Below the pieces are notes generated by a model that ran no database searches, had not been told where the DNA came from, and worked only from the letters and a program-made list of their open reading frames with translations. From Octopus sinensis (Eukaryota), in contig NC_042999.1 in assembly GCF_006345805.1 (NCBI RefSeq), forward strand, positions 97,898,001 through 97,962,000: a DNA stretch of 64,000 bases. The letters are read 5' to 3'. A program made the translations under genes and the position numbers. This document shows, piece by piece, positions 1-11,371 of this stretch (position 1 is the stretch's first letter; each line of letters opens with the position of its first letter).

Positions 1-21
1 AATATATATATATATATAATC

Positions 22-55
<34 letters not shown>

Positions 56-120
56 ATATATATATCTATATATATATATATATAATATATATATAATATA
101 TAATATATATATATAAATAT
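1..120. repeat. (TA)n microsatellite, imperfect
   Basis: Directly visible TA dinucleotide run. Confidence 0.97.
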
Positions 121-215
121 AAAGGGAAAGTTTACGAAAATAAACAAAAACGAAGGCAGGTGATGTACAATAACAGATGTAATTTGTATAGCGCTCAGGA
201 ATAGAAAAAGTCTTT
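121..215 (-). mobile_element. Truncated Penelope-like short element (same subfamily as 46520-46635)
   Basis: Shares AACAGATGT...CGCTCAGGA...GAAAAAGTCTTT with 46550-46587; both ends abut (TA)n. Confidence 0.6.
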
Positions 216-344
216 ATATATATATATATATATATATAGGTTACTTCCCAACCATATCTTTCCAAATTTAGTCCCATTGCATGGTACCTCGGGAAAATGT
301 CATCTACTATTGCTTCGGGCCGAAGCAATACTTTATATATATAA

Positions 345-572
345 AGTTAATCCAAACAAAAACACAAAAAAAAAACAAAAAAAACACAACAAAAACAAAA
401 AAAAACAAAAAAAAACACAAAGACGTTGAACAAATAAAGTATTATTGGACACTCAGGAAAAAAGGGAAGAAGGAGGGTTTAACGTTTCGAGCGGTGCTCT
501 TCGTCGGAAACATAGGAGAAGGAAAGATCCCGAGAAGGGAAGACGGAAGAAAAAAAATCGCCAGCGGTACTC
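345..572 (-). mobile_element. Penelope-like short non-autonomous element nested in the SINE A linker
   Basis: Reverse-complement homolog of 27835-28048 and of 36252-36330; ends in TA tracts; carries a hammerhead-like motif. Confidence 0.7.
477..511 (-). ncRNA. Minimal type I hammerhead-ribozyme-like motif (core CCGACGA variant)
   Basis: Minus strand GTTT-CCGACGA-A-GAGC-ACC-GCTC-GAA-ACGT-T-AAAC: stem I GTTT/AAAC, stem II GAGC/GCTC, palindromic ACGT helix III. U4 position is C. Confidence 0.6.
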
Positions 573-830
573 GTATATATATATATATATATGAATATAT
601 TTATGTGTGTGTGTCTGTGTCTGTTTGTCCCCCCACCATCGCTTGTCAGCCGATGTTGGTGTGTTTACGTTCCCGTAATTTAGTGGTTCGGTAAAAGAAA
701 TCGATGGAATAAGTACTATACTTACAAAGAATAAATCCTGGGGTCGATTTCTTCGACTGAAACCCTTTAAGGTGGTGCTCCAGCGTGGTCGCAGTCAGAT
801 AACTAAAACAAGTAAAAGAATAAAAGAAAT

Positions 831-931
831 ATATTATATATATATATATTATATATATTATATATATATATCACATGTGCATCTATGTATGTACATATAC
901 ATATATATACGCACACACCTCAACATTTATG

Positions 932-1012
<81 letters not shown>

Positions 1013-1030
1013 ATATATATATATATGCAT
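831..1030. repeat. (TA)n-rich microsatellite
   Basis: Directly visible. Confidence 0.95.
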
Positions 1031-1342
1031 ACACAGCGCAGACATATAGATAGAGATTATGATGTATACATACATAAATAGACATATATAATCGTGTGCT
1101 CATGTGTATTGGCCTGCTGCGTTTGGCAGTGTATATTTTTGTGGTAGTATTTTCATCTATGAAGTGTATTTGCGTGTGTGTTCGTATGTGTGTATCTGTT
1201 TATGTATAATGTGTCCCTTGGATTCTTGGTGGTGCATTGGCGTGTGTTTGTTACTGTGTGTGTGTATACAAAATAGTGAATGGTAGTGTACGTATATGCG
1301 AGTGAAATAATGTATGTATGAGTTTGTGTATATATGTATATA

Positions 1343-1380
<38 letters not shown>

Positions 1381-1949
1381 TGAGAAAGTGAGAAAGAGAT
1401 GTAACGACGTGGATGTGAGAGGTCTCATGTACACGTGTGTGTGTACGGTAATAAATCATATCTGCCTTATAACGTTGTCTGACTTTTGATGCCATTTTAG
1501 ATGTGTGACGTCACTGGGAGCAGTTAGCTGTGGCGTTAGTGGTGTTGGTGGTTATTTTGAAGATGGTGTTGGTGATAAGAACTGTCGAAGCTGTAGCCAT
1601 GATAGGATGGTATTAGTTAGTATTTGTATAGTGCTGTTGGTGACGATGGTGAACAATGAATGGCGAACGGTGACAGGGGTGGTCCTAGCAATGGCAATGG
1701 GTGTTGGTGGTAATGGAGATGGAAGGTTTGTGTTTCTTTTGTTTGCGGTGGTTTTAGTAACAACAGGGGCGGTATTGTTGTTTAAGACCCTCCACCAGTC
1801 AGCTGTGGAGAGAAATGATTTATAATGGAAGTCATTCCAAACATGCCCATCCTGTCTTTTTCAGAACGATCAATCCAACGTGTCCTTCCTTTTGGAGACA
1901 TATGACCAGTGTAATTTGAAGGATCTTCTAGGATCTTTTGCTTCACTGC

Positions 1950-2690
1950 ATCAGTGGACATTTTAAAGTTTAGTGAAAGTTTAAAAATTTGATGTATTGA
2001 TGTAATTTTCCACGCTGAATCTTAGGGGCTGATTCACTTTTTCCAGAAAATTAAAAAAAAAAAAAAAGAAAAAAAATGAGTTACAGAGATTTAAAGTTTT
2101 ATCACTTTTACCTTGTCAGAAAACAGGATATAGAATCTGACATTTTGGGCGTGACTTCACGTGTTGTCAACTGTAAATAAATGAAATATTGGCGAATTTC
2201 TGCTTTACGTACGACACATAACCCCACGTGACTATTTTTGCGAATTTGTATTCTACACACGGGAATTCATATGATTGATTATGTAGAAACCAAAATAAAA
2301 CAAAAAAACTTTGGTGCGGGATTTTAGGCCTATTTAGCTATTATTTTAGCACGTCTCACTACCACCTCATACCTCGTACTTTAAGCACTTAATAAGTGAA
2401 AAATGATCATATGGCTTGACAGGACAGCAACAGATAGGTAAGCTGCTTGGTAACAGCTTGGCTTGTTACTATGGAAATGTGCCTTTCGATTGGTTAAAAT
2501 TACCCAAAATTTGCAAATTTTAAAAGCTATTAACTTTTTATTTATTGATTTATGCCAAAATTGAATTTCATGTCAATGATTACCATACAAAACTACACTA
2601 ATGCACCAAATATGAAATCAATTGGAACAAAAATTGTAGAAATTCAAAAGTGGCAGCCAAACAGAAAAGACCCAGATAAATGTTATAAAT
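1950..2690. mobile_element. Probable non-autonomous DNA-transposon relic, family unassigned
   Basis: AT-rich motif-dense sequence; its TTCGATTGGTTAAAA motif (~2486) recurs at 2891 and 3196. No termini resolved. Confidence 0.3.
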
Positions 2691-3457
2691 AACACTCAAC
2701 AAGTAGTAAACAATTGGGCCTGTCTCAAACGAAGAAATAAACGGTGCTCTGGCATAATGTTTCGTTCTTTGTGTTTTTAGATGTTATGGTGTAATATAAG
2801 GAAGATTTGGTTGCTCTTTCTAGCATTTAAAGATTTGTGTGTTCTGATCTCCAAGGCAATGGAGGACAACAAGCGATATACCGTCAAATGAAGGCTTTCA
2901 ATTGGTTAAAATCATATAATTTTGGATGCTTGTAACTTCTTAAGTGGTGGTAAGTGGAAAGAAACTCTGAAGAGAGCTGAACAGCAGAAGGTCTTCAGAG
3001 AAAAAAATCCCCCTCAGGCAGGGGTTTCGGCCCTTAATTTCATGCACTCTAAGGGAACCCGACCGTATTCTGGGTGCTCTTCTGTTGACACTTTTTAGCC
3101 ACTTGGATACCAGAGACTTGTGCATTTAAGCCGCTTAGAAATTTTAATCAAGTTGTAAACTCTCTCCGTTTACTCAGCTTAGAAACTTATTTTTAAAGGC
3201 TTTCGATTGCCTAAAATAACATAACTTTGAATGCTTGTAACTTCTTTATCATTAATTGCAAGAAAAAAAATGAATGCTATATTCGTGATCAGCTTGCGAA
3301 AGTACATCATGTCAACATTTTTTGAAAGTAATCTGGTGAAAATTTGAAAAAACTTCAAGTAGTTGGGAAAAATTTAACAAGATACGTGATGGTGATATAT
3401 GATGTGGTTGTTTGGTGGTATGGCTGATGTTCTTTTCGTAGTAATAGTAGTTATTGT

Positions 3458-3610
3458 TTAGCACCGTGTCAGCCCTGATCGAGCAGAAATAGATGGAAAA
3501 TATTTCATCTGCAATCATTCCGCCCTTTTCCTTATGCAGGGAAACCAGAGATACAATATCCAAAGTGTCCTTTAAAACGGTAAGGTAAGATTTGAGAAAG
3601 ATTTTGGCGA
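3458..3610 (+). repeat. Dispersed short repeat family D (GTCAGCCCTGATCGAGC...GATTTG...GCTATTTCTAGC)
   Basis: Degenerate homologs at ~1800-1940, 7535-7705, 10330-10500(-), 12830-12900, 45250-45320, 55190-55345, 58480-58650(-), 61380-61520(-), 62760-62850. Confidence 0.6.
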
Positions 3611-4089
3611 GAAAAAGGTGTGCAAATCGAGATTAAAGAGTGAATGAGCAAAAAGTGCAAGGGACGGAGTAATGCTGAGGTAATACAAGTAACAAGTGTG
3701 GGAATTGGAGAGTTCTTCAGTAATCTTCAGTCAGAAAATCAAAACAAATGCCTCGTGGTAATTTGTAATGCCACTTCACTTCTGGAGTTCAGTTCTTGCT
3801 TATAATAATTCCGGTGGTCTACTTAGTACCGCCAGTTAAAGACATTCCTTCATTCTTGTCTTGTGTCTAAATTAGAAATAACGAACAAGGTAACATTGTC
3901 AGGAGAATCCCTAATCAGCTGTTCGATTGCAAGAAATGGCAGGCAAATATGTTTCGAATATTTGTCTGCTGTCTTAAATATGGGAGGATATTGTATAATG
4001 CAATCCTGGATGCAAAAGATGGGCTAATCTCGCGGAGATGACATGGAGTTATATAACAACTGCAATTAGTTTTTTGGGGAGGTTTTTCA

Positions 4090-4640
4090 TGTGATATTCC
4101 TGTGAACAAAGCCAGTCACCACATCGAAACGAAGCTTCCCCCAGAGCCTTCCTTTCAATATAGTAAGGCTTCTTGGAAAATAAACGAAAACTCACTTCTG
4201 TTAGAAAAGGAGATAGCGTTGCAAATGAAAGATGTCAACATAATCTCAAATCTACCTTTAAACGTCATTACATTTTTATATAGATAATCGATTGCAATTA
4301 TTGCAAAAGATATCTGGTTTAAATCTTATTAGACCAGAAGGAATGAAAGGAAGTTGGTGCGGAAATCTTGGCAAGAGATCCGTCCTACACATGGTAACAG
4401 TAGCTCGGCATAAAGCAGCACCACCACGACATTTGAACGAATGCGTGGAGAACAATTTCGACGTTCTCTCCTCGATTCGAACATGTTCGACTATTGTGTC
4501 ACATCTTATCCAGAAACGGCGGGGATCTCATCTTATTCGTAGCCATTTACAATGCGTTGGCAGCGACTTAATGAAATTATTCATATTCCTGAGTTGAAAG
4601 TGATTCGGAAACAGATAGTTTATCACATCTTCATAAATTC
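4090..4640 (+). mobile_element. Highly decayed maT/DD37D-like transposase relic
   Basis: Shifted frames give YTW*Q*LG (cf. WQQDSAP) and LDSNMFDYCV (cf. SPDLNPLDYYVW), with a (S)NE-DV motif upstream. Confidence 0.45.
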
Positions 4641-5859
4641 TCAGAAAATTCTTCAGATTATTGCTACTCATAAACTCTATAGAGATTAACCCACTTTAGA
4701 AAGCAAGGGTGTGCATTCTATCGACCGCATTGCTCAATAGGTAGAGGGTTGTGAGTGTCCAGCAACGCCCCCAGATGCCGAACACCTATTCTCAGTCTAA
4801 GCTCGAACTTAGACTACTGCTAAAAAAAAAAAGAAAAAGAAAAAAATTACTACAGAATATGTCTGACAAAGAGGCCCACACACACTCGCCGTCTATTCCA
4901 ACAACAGAATACATCCTCTGGGAGTGGGTATTTACAAGGAATGGAAGAGTAGAAGCTCGAAACTCCTTAGCTATTTCCAGAAGAAAAAACCCCAAAACCC
5001 CCCCAAAACACAAAAAAAAAACAAAAAAAAAAACAGGTGATGGAAGCATTGACAAAATTCACATGTAGCTAATCGGCATCTAAACCAGGAATGAGCAATC
5101 TTTCTCGAGAAGCGGGCCGCATGAGACATGGATCCATCATAAGGAAAGCCGAACTCTTAAAAAATTTCCCGGTAATTTTTCGTTTGGTGCACCATTCAGA
5201 AAGTCCTGCTCTAAACTATTTCTCATTGAAATTGGCCGTCCAAGTTGTAACATCTTCCCACTTATTATCTATCTGGCAGTCTAAGTTTAAATAACCCTTT
5301 AACCAGGCCGTCAGTCCAGCCACGAAAAGCTTTTCGAGACGGACTTTCCTATAAGCTTCTAATTAAATGCAAACTCACCATCTTGTCCTGGTTAAACTGT
5401 ACTCCTGTTACCTCATATTCTGTAATTACATTGATTTCTGAGGATGAAATAAGAATAATAATCAATTCTAACATAACCACGTGACCACAAATTCAGAGAA
5501 CGTGTCAGACGATTATTTTATTTTTATTATTTATTTGTTTAGTTTTATGACCTCAAACACAGAGACTCGGTCACGAATTTTGTCAAATTGACTTCAGTGA
5601 CTTGTACTTTATTTTAGTCAAGTAGTGGAGTCGATGTAACAATAATAATGCTATTTAATAAATATTTATGTTTCTTCTGACTGACTTTAGTGAGACACAC
5701 TCATACGCACTCATAAACGTATGTACACGCGAAACACACAGATACATGCATGCATTACACAAATCTCATTGATAAGGAACCCGAACGGTTTTCAAGTGGT
5801 ACGCTTGTTGTTGATGGAAGGGACAGTGTTTTCAAAGTTTTATTATTGTAAAGGTCCTT

Positions 5860-5936
5860 CAATGACGAAGTCGGAGAGTGTGTCTGTCTAAAGGTTTGTA
5901 TGCGTGTACGTGTGTGCACATGTATGTATGTGTGTG

Positions 5937-5973
<37 letters not shown>

Positions 5974-6631
5974 GGAGGGAAGGAAAGTGCTTTAGAACAA
6001 GGTGATGGATGAAGGAAAACATCGTAGTTTTTGTTGTTGCTATTGTCATCATTGCCGTCGTTGTCGTTGTTGTTTTGTTGGTGGTGGTGGCGGTGGTGGC
6101 GGCGGTGACGGTGTAGGGAGTTAAGGATCTTGAAGCAGTGGAGCATGAACAATAGCTGAAATTGGGTCGGTGGCGATGGTGTTGGTTATACGCGGGTGGA
6201 AAGAAGAAGGTGCCGGTTGGGTGGGTTTGGCGGATGGATAGAGGTTTGTGAAAGGATCGTTGCTGGCGTTGGTTGGTGGACGTGGTGCGAGTGGTGAGTA
6301 CCGGGGGGGACGGGGGTGGCGGGTGGGGGGTGGGGGGTTGATAGGGGGTTACTGGTTGTTATGGAGTGTGGGTGGCGTAGGTGTGATGGTAGTGGTGGTC
6401 GGTTTATGAAATACGTCAGTGATGGAAGTGATGGGGAAGTTGGCATTGGTAGTGACGGTGGACGTGGTAGTGGTGGCGGTTGCAGTGGTGGTAGTAGTAG
6501 TGGTCGTAATAGTGGTGGTGGTGAATCCAGAGAGGAATAGCAATTAGGGTGGTAGTGGTGGTTTAAGGAAGGATATGCGGATGGGTTTCCGAAAGGGTTT
6601 TATATCAATGGTTGAGATGGTGGTGATGGTG

Positions 6632-6664
<33 letters not shown>

Positions 6665-7545
6665 TGTGTGTAAGTGTGTGTGTGTGTAGTGGGGGAGAAA
6701 GTAGAGATGACGGCGGTTGAGTACGTTGTGTGTAACAGAGAGAGAGAGAGAGAGACGGCGGAGTGGGATACTGGTAGTGTGGTCTGTGAAGGTTTATATG
6801 AAAGGTTTGTAGAGTTGGTGGTGTGTTGGAGGGGTAAATGGGACAATCGTGTCCGGTTTGTTGGCGATTTTATGTCGGCGATTCTCAACCGACTGGAATG
6901 AAATGATTGCGGCGTCTGTTGTGGTAAGGATATATAGCGGATTGGTGGAGGCGGTGGTGCTGGTGTAATGGCAGCGGCAGCGGTGACAGTGATGTTGTTG
7001 TTGTTGTTCTTGGAGGTGGGTTGTGATGGTGTGGTGGTTGTGTTGTTGTTAGGAGCGGTGTTGTTGGGAGTGGTGTTGTTGGTGGTGTTGATGGTGTTGT
7101 TAATTATTGGTGTAGAGTGTTGGCGTGGTGGTGTTGTAGTGATGTTGTGCTGATGCCAGTGATGGCGATGGTACTGGTGATGGTGGTGGTGGTGGTGGCG
7201 GCGGCGGCGGCAGTGGTGTATGACGCTGTTGTTAGTGCGGTGGTGTTGGTGTCGGTGGGTGTTTCTCGTGTAGTTGACGGTGGCGGTGATAGTGATGATT
7301 ATCGTTGTCTTGGTGGTAGTTACTATGGTAGTGCTTGTTAGAAGAGGTGCTTCTGATGTGACGGTGGTAGTCGTAGTGGTGGTGGAGGTGGAAGTGGTGG
7401 CGATGTAGAGACTAGTGGTGATATGGAAGTGAGTGTTGTAGTGTAGTGATGGTGGTATTATTAGTGTGTGTAATGATGGTGGTAGTGGTGTTGGTGGTTG
7501 TAATTGTGTGGTAGTACATAGTTGTTGTTATTGTTGTTTAGCCCT
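5860..7545. repeat. GT/GGT/GTT-rich cryptically simple block, with a G-quadruplex-prone run at 6303-6348
   Basis: Directly visible; six runs of three or more G at 6303-6348. Confidence 0.85.
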
Positions 7546-7714
7546 GATTGAATCCACTTATTATGAAAGGTATTCTAGCCATGACCAACCAACCTTTTTT
7601 TTATTCAGATGTATTGTATCCTAGACTACATTAGCCAATGTGTTCCTTTTCAGATGACATGGTGAATGTGATTTGAGGGCAATATGGCTATTGATTCTTG
7701 CAAATCTTGTAGAG

Positions 7715-8036
7715 CAGGGGTTCTCAATCAACTTTTATCTATGGAACCTTTAGATTATTATTTTATTCTGGTTGACCCCCATAGCCCTCGATGTTTAAAA
7801 ACTAGTTTTATAGAAATTTCTTTTAAAATTCCTATTTTGTTTTCCATATATTAACTTGTTTAGGTTGAACTATGTAAAATGTTAGAGACATAACAATACA
7901 CACACCAAAAACGAAATTTTTTCAGGCACCCTTAAAATGCTATTGTGGATCCCCAATCTACTATTTTGTTGCATGAAACTCCAAAAATCTTATATGAACT
8001 ATCACAGGCCATATGGACCCCTGCTGAGAACAACTG
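7715..8036. mobile_element. hAT/Charlie-type MITE with 8-bp TSD
   Basis: TIR CAGGGGTTCTCAA versus CAGTTGTTCTCAG (reverse complement of right end); flanks TTGTAGAG (7707-7714) and TTCTAGAG (8037-8044) fit the Charlie NTCTAGAN target. Confidence 0.85.
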
Positions 8037-8078
8037 TTCTAGAGGATGTTTCGTCAGCTCGGTGTTGCTATAGTTTCT

Positions 8079-8309
8079 TATTTCTTTATTTTCCACAAGG
8101 GACTACACCAGATGGGACAAACAAGGACAGACAAACGGATTAAGTCGATTACATCGAACCCAGTGCGTAAGTGGTACTTAATTTATCGACCCTGAAAGGA
8201 TGAAAGGCAAAGTCGACCTCGGCGGAATTTGAACTCACAACGTAACGGCAGACGAAATGCGCTAAGCATTTCACCCGGCGTGCTAACGCTTCTGCCATCT
8301 CGCCGCCTT
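8079..8309 (-). mobile_element. tRNA-derived SINE family B, alpha tail, full length
   Basis: Head AAGGCGGCGAGATGGCAGAAGCGTTAGC with B box GTGAGTTCAAATTCC; probable TSD GTGTTGCTATRGTTT at 8062-8076 and 8317-8331. Confidence 0.9.
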
Positions 8310-8534
8310 TGAAAAAGTGTTGCTATGGTTTATTTCCAGACAAGGCCAGACCAAGCAGACGCATGGTGAAAGGCATTCCAGCCAGTCATGGTCATCAACA
8401 TGCAGCAGCTTAATTGATGGTTGGTGATATGGTACATTTTGTATTCATTCCTTAGGTATTAATTTATTGTTAATTTAATTCCCTATTAATATTCAGTCCT
8501 TTGTTGCATTCGGATCTTTGTTATATATTTAGTT

Positions 8535-10050
8535 TGGTATCAATTTATGGAAAACAGTTGATCGAAATACAGTTGATCGAAAGAACAATTAACCGAAGTA
8601 ATGTTCGCTCGGATCACTAGCTGATCAAATGATAACAAACTGTAAATATTTTGCTATAATGGTATCTAGACGATTCCGGAACCTGGCGTATGCATCCCTC
8701 ACAGTGTCCCTGGGAAGATCTTCAAACACCTTTTTGATTTTGGCCACCAGCTCGGCCTTGGTGTTGCAGGCAAAGCGGTTGATGTCTTTTTCAACTGCGC
8801 TCCGCCATAGTAATCCATCAGATTACAACCGGAAGAATTAGAAAGCCAGAAATTGGGGCTGGTGAAGTCGTAGAATTTCCCCGACAACCACTGTTCAAAG
8901 ATGTTGGGTAGCATGACGTCACCCTCACTAGAGACGCAACCAAAGACTATCATAATTTGAGGGAAGCTGGTTTTCATGATATGTGGGACATTACAAGAAT
9001 TGAAGACAAGCCAGCTGTTATTTTGGGTATTGTGCAACTTATCTTGGCAGAAATTCTTTTCATCTGAGAAGAACTAGATCATCCCCGGCTCAACAGGGTG
9101 TCTCAGCTGGTTCAGGAGCTTCTTTGCCTTTGTCAAGCGGTTCTATTTGGCCCTGGCTTTCAGAATTTGTCCCTTGCGCCTCTTGGAAGAGTTTTAGCGA
9201 AGGTCCTCATTTAGGACCAGTTCCATAGTGGCGACTCCAACACCCATCTGTCTCTCCAAAGCCCGGATTCCCTTGCTCAGATCTGTCCTCGCCCTGTCCT
9301 GCAGTTGTTGGGTGAATTCTGGCTTGCAAACGCAGTCAGAACGTCTGCTGTGTTCCTTTCTGAAGGCCACGGCTTCGTAGTATCCATTACAACTCTCCAT
9401 GTCACGTCTTGCAGCCGTTAAAGTGTTCGCAGGGCATCGATCAGCAGTCATGATATCGGTATTTTGATACCCGGTGTGATTCATCATGATACAGGTAAAT
9501 CTTTTCCAATATTCAGCTTACTTTTTCTCAACAACAACTTTAATCTTTATGCTCTCCAACGCGGTTGACCGTCTACCAATATATCAAGCTTTCTTAAACG
9601 ACAAAAAGCATCAAATTTAGCCCAAACACCCTGTATACGTACAGGATGTTCGGGTTAAATTTAATGATTTTGATGTATACACGCGCATATGTGTGTCATG
9701 TTTATAGTTGCATTCTGTAAACCAGTGTAGTTTGTGGTAATGCCTTTATGCCTTTTGTGCTAATGTCTTTATGCCTTTTGGGTTCAGATTTGTGCTAACT
9801 AAACTGATATTCAAATTGGTGCTAATGCTTTTGCTCTACGAAGAAGTTAGCAGTTTAATAAAATTACAAAAATGCGTAATAATCTCGTGTCATTCGCAAT
9901 TTGCATTTATGAAAAAAGAAATAATTTGAATGTTATAATCTGAATAATTGTTGATTGGAGCAACTTCTACTTCGATTAATTGTAGTTTTTGTTTTTCATT
10001 TCAATTCATGTTTTCGATATATTGTATTTCGATCAATTGTCTGCATACCG
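8535..10050. mobile_element. Foldback-like element: inverted arms with internal GATCGAAA repeats, enclosing a maT relic
   Basis: Left arm 8535-8600 resembles the reverse complement of right arm 9967-10050 (ACARTTGATCGAAATACA...ACAATTAAYCGAAGTA). Confidence 0.5.
8630..9633 (-). mobile_element. maT/DD37D (Tc1-mariner superfamily) transposase pseudogene, internally deleted, 5' TIR present
   Basis: ORFs 9194-9487 (HTH region) and 8699-9037 with FFSDEKNF upstream, FGCVSSEGDVM and SPNFW..NSSGCNLMDYY; TIR CAGGGTGTTTGGGCTAAATTTG ending at 9633 followed by TA. Confidence 0.9.
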
Positions 10051-11114
10051 TGATATTTAATCGTCCGTTACTTTTATTTCCTTTTTAAATTAATGTTTAC
10101 AAGGTTTTCATTTATTCTGACGCTAGTCTCCACAATTCTTAAGTCCATCTGGCACTATTTTCTTGTCAAATAGCTAGTTGACAGTGAAGTCAGAATACTT
10201 GCATGTGTTAGACACAGTATGGCGAAATGTTTCCAGACGATCACCAGTTGTGAGGTGTCGCCATACCACGACAAATAACACATCATATTACTTATAACTG
10301 CTACGTGCCATCCACCGTGAGCCGACGAAGGAACATCACTGCAGTTACCTCTTATGATAGAAACAGCAGCTAAATCTCTCCAACACCAATCTTTAACGAT
10401 ATCGCACGGACAATGTAATCATGGGTATGCAAAAAGACGGAGTGGTAATAGTTGGAATGCTTTTAATGATGTCAACTCGATCAGAACTGACATAGGTTTA
10501 ACAACAGTAACGACTACGACGACGACGACGACGACAACGTGGTATCTTGGACAAATTTCTTCTTCTATAACCTTGGATTGACTCAGAGGCTCTGCAAAGT
10601 GTCATAGGCACTGACTCTCTTCCTGAATAATGTGTGCATATATGTGTATGTATGTATATAGACATACGCATATGCACACACACTTAAGGAAGTAAGTTAC
10701 CGTATACTTGCCCCATCACGCAATGTCTAAAGGGGAACAATACGTGAAAACAAAAGACAGCTAAACCACGTGCTCAAAGAGCTACCCCGTTAACTGTCTG
10801 GACCTTATTTTTTCATAGATCTAATGATACTTAAAACAGAAAGATTCTTGAGTGTACGGATCGAGGATCAGACTCAACATAATGAGTCGATAACAATAAG
10901 CCAAAAGCAACACCGCTCCCAACAACAACACAAACACCACACCAACACAACCCACCTCCAAGAACAACAACAACAACACAACCCACCTCTAAGAACAACA
11001 ACAACAACATCACTGTCACCACTGCCGCTGCCATTACACCAATACCACTGCTTCCACCAATCCGCTATATAACCTTACCACAACAGACGCCGCAATCATT
11101 CATTCCAGTCGGTT

Positions 11115-11274
11115 TGCAGTGAAACTTCCAATGAAAAGTCTTTTCCGTCCTGTCAAATCAGGTTTTAGAGGTTTAAGAAGTACTTGAATTAGCTCAACAA
11201 AAAATAACAAGCGAACCTACCAGTGCTGATACAGAGGCTGGTACTAATAATCCTGAGCAGGTAACAAGAGAGAG

Positions 11275-11371
<97 letters not shown>

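Larger units (their letters stand above)
239..830 (+). mobile_element. tRNA-derived bipartite SINE (family A), degenerate head, with nested insertion
   Basis: Head fragment 239-325 (TTACTTCCCAACCA...) and tail 604-830 (TTTGTCCCCCCACCATCGCTTG...AAACAAGTAAAAGAATAAAAGA) match the reverse complement of 14940-15435. Confidence 0.8.
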
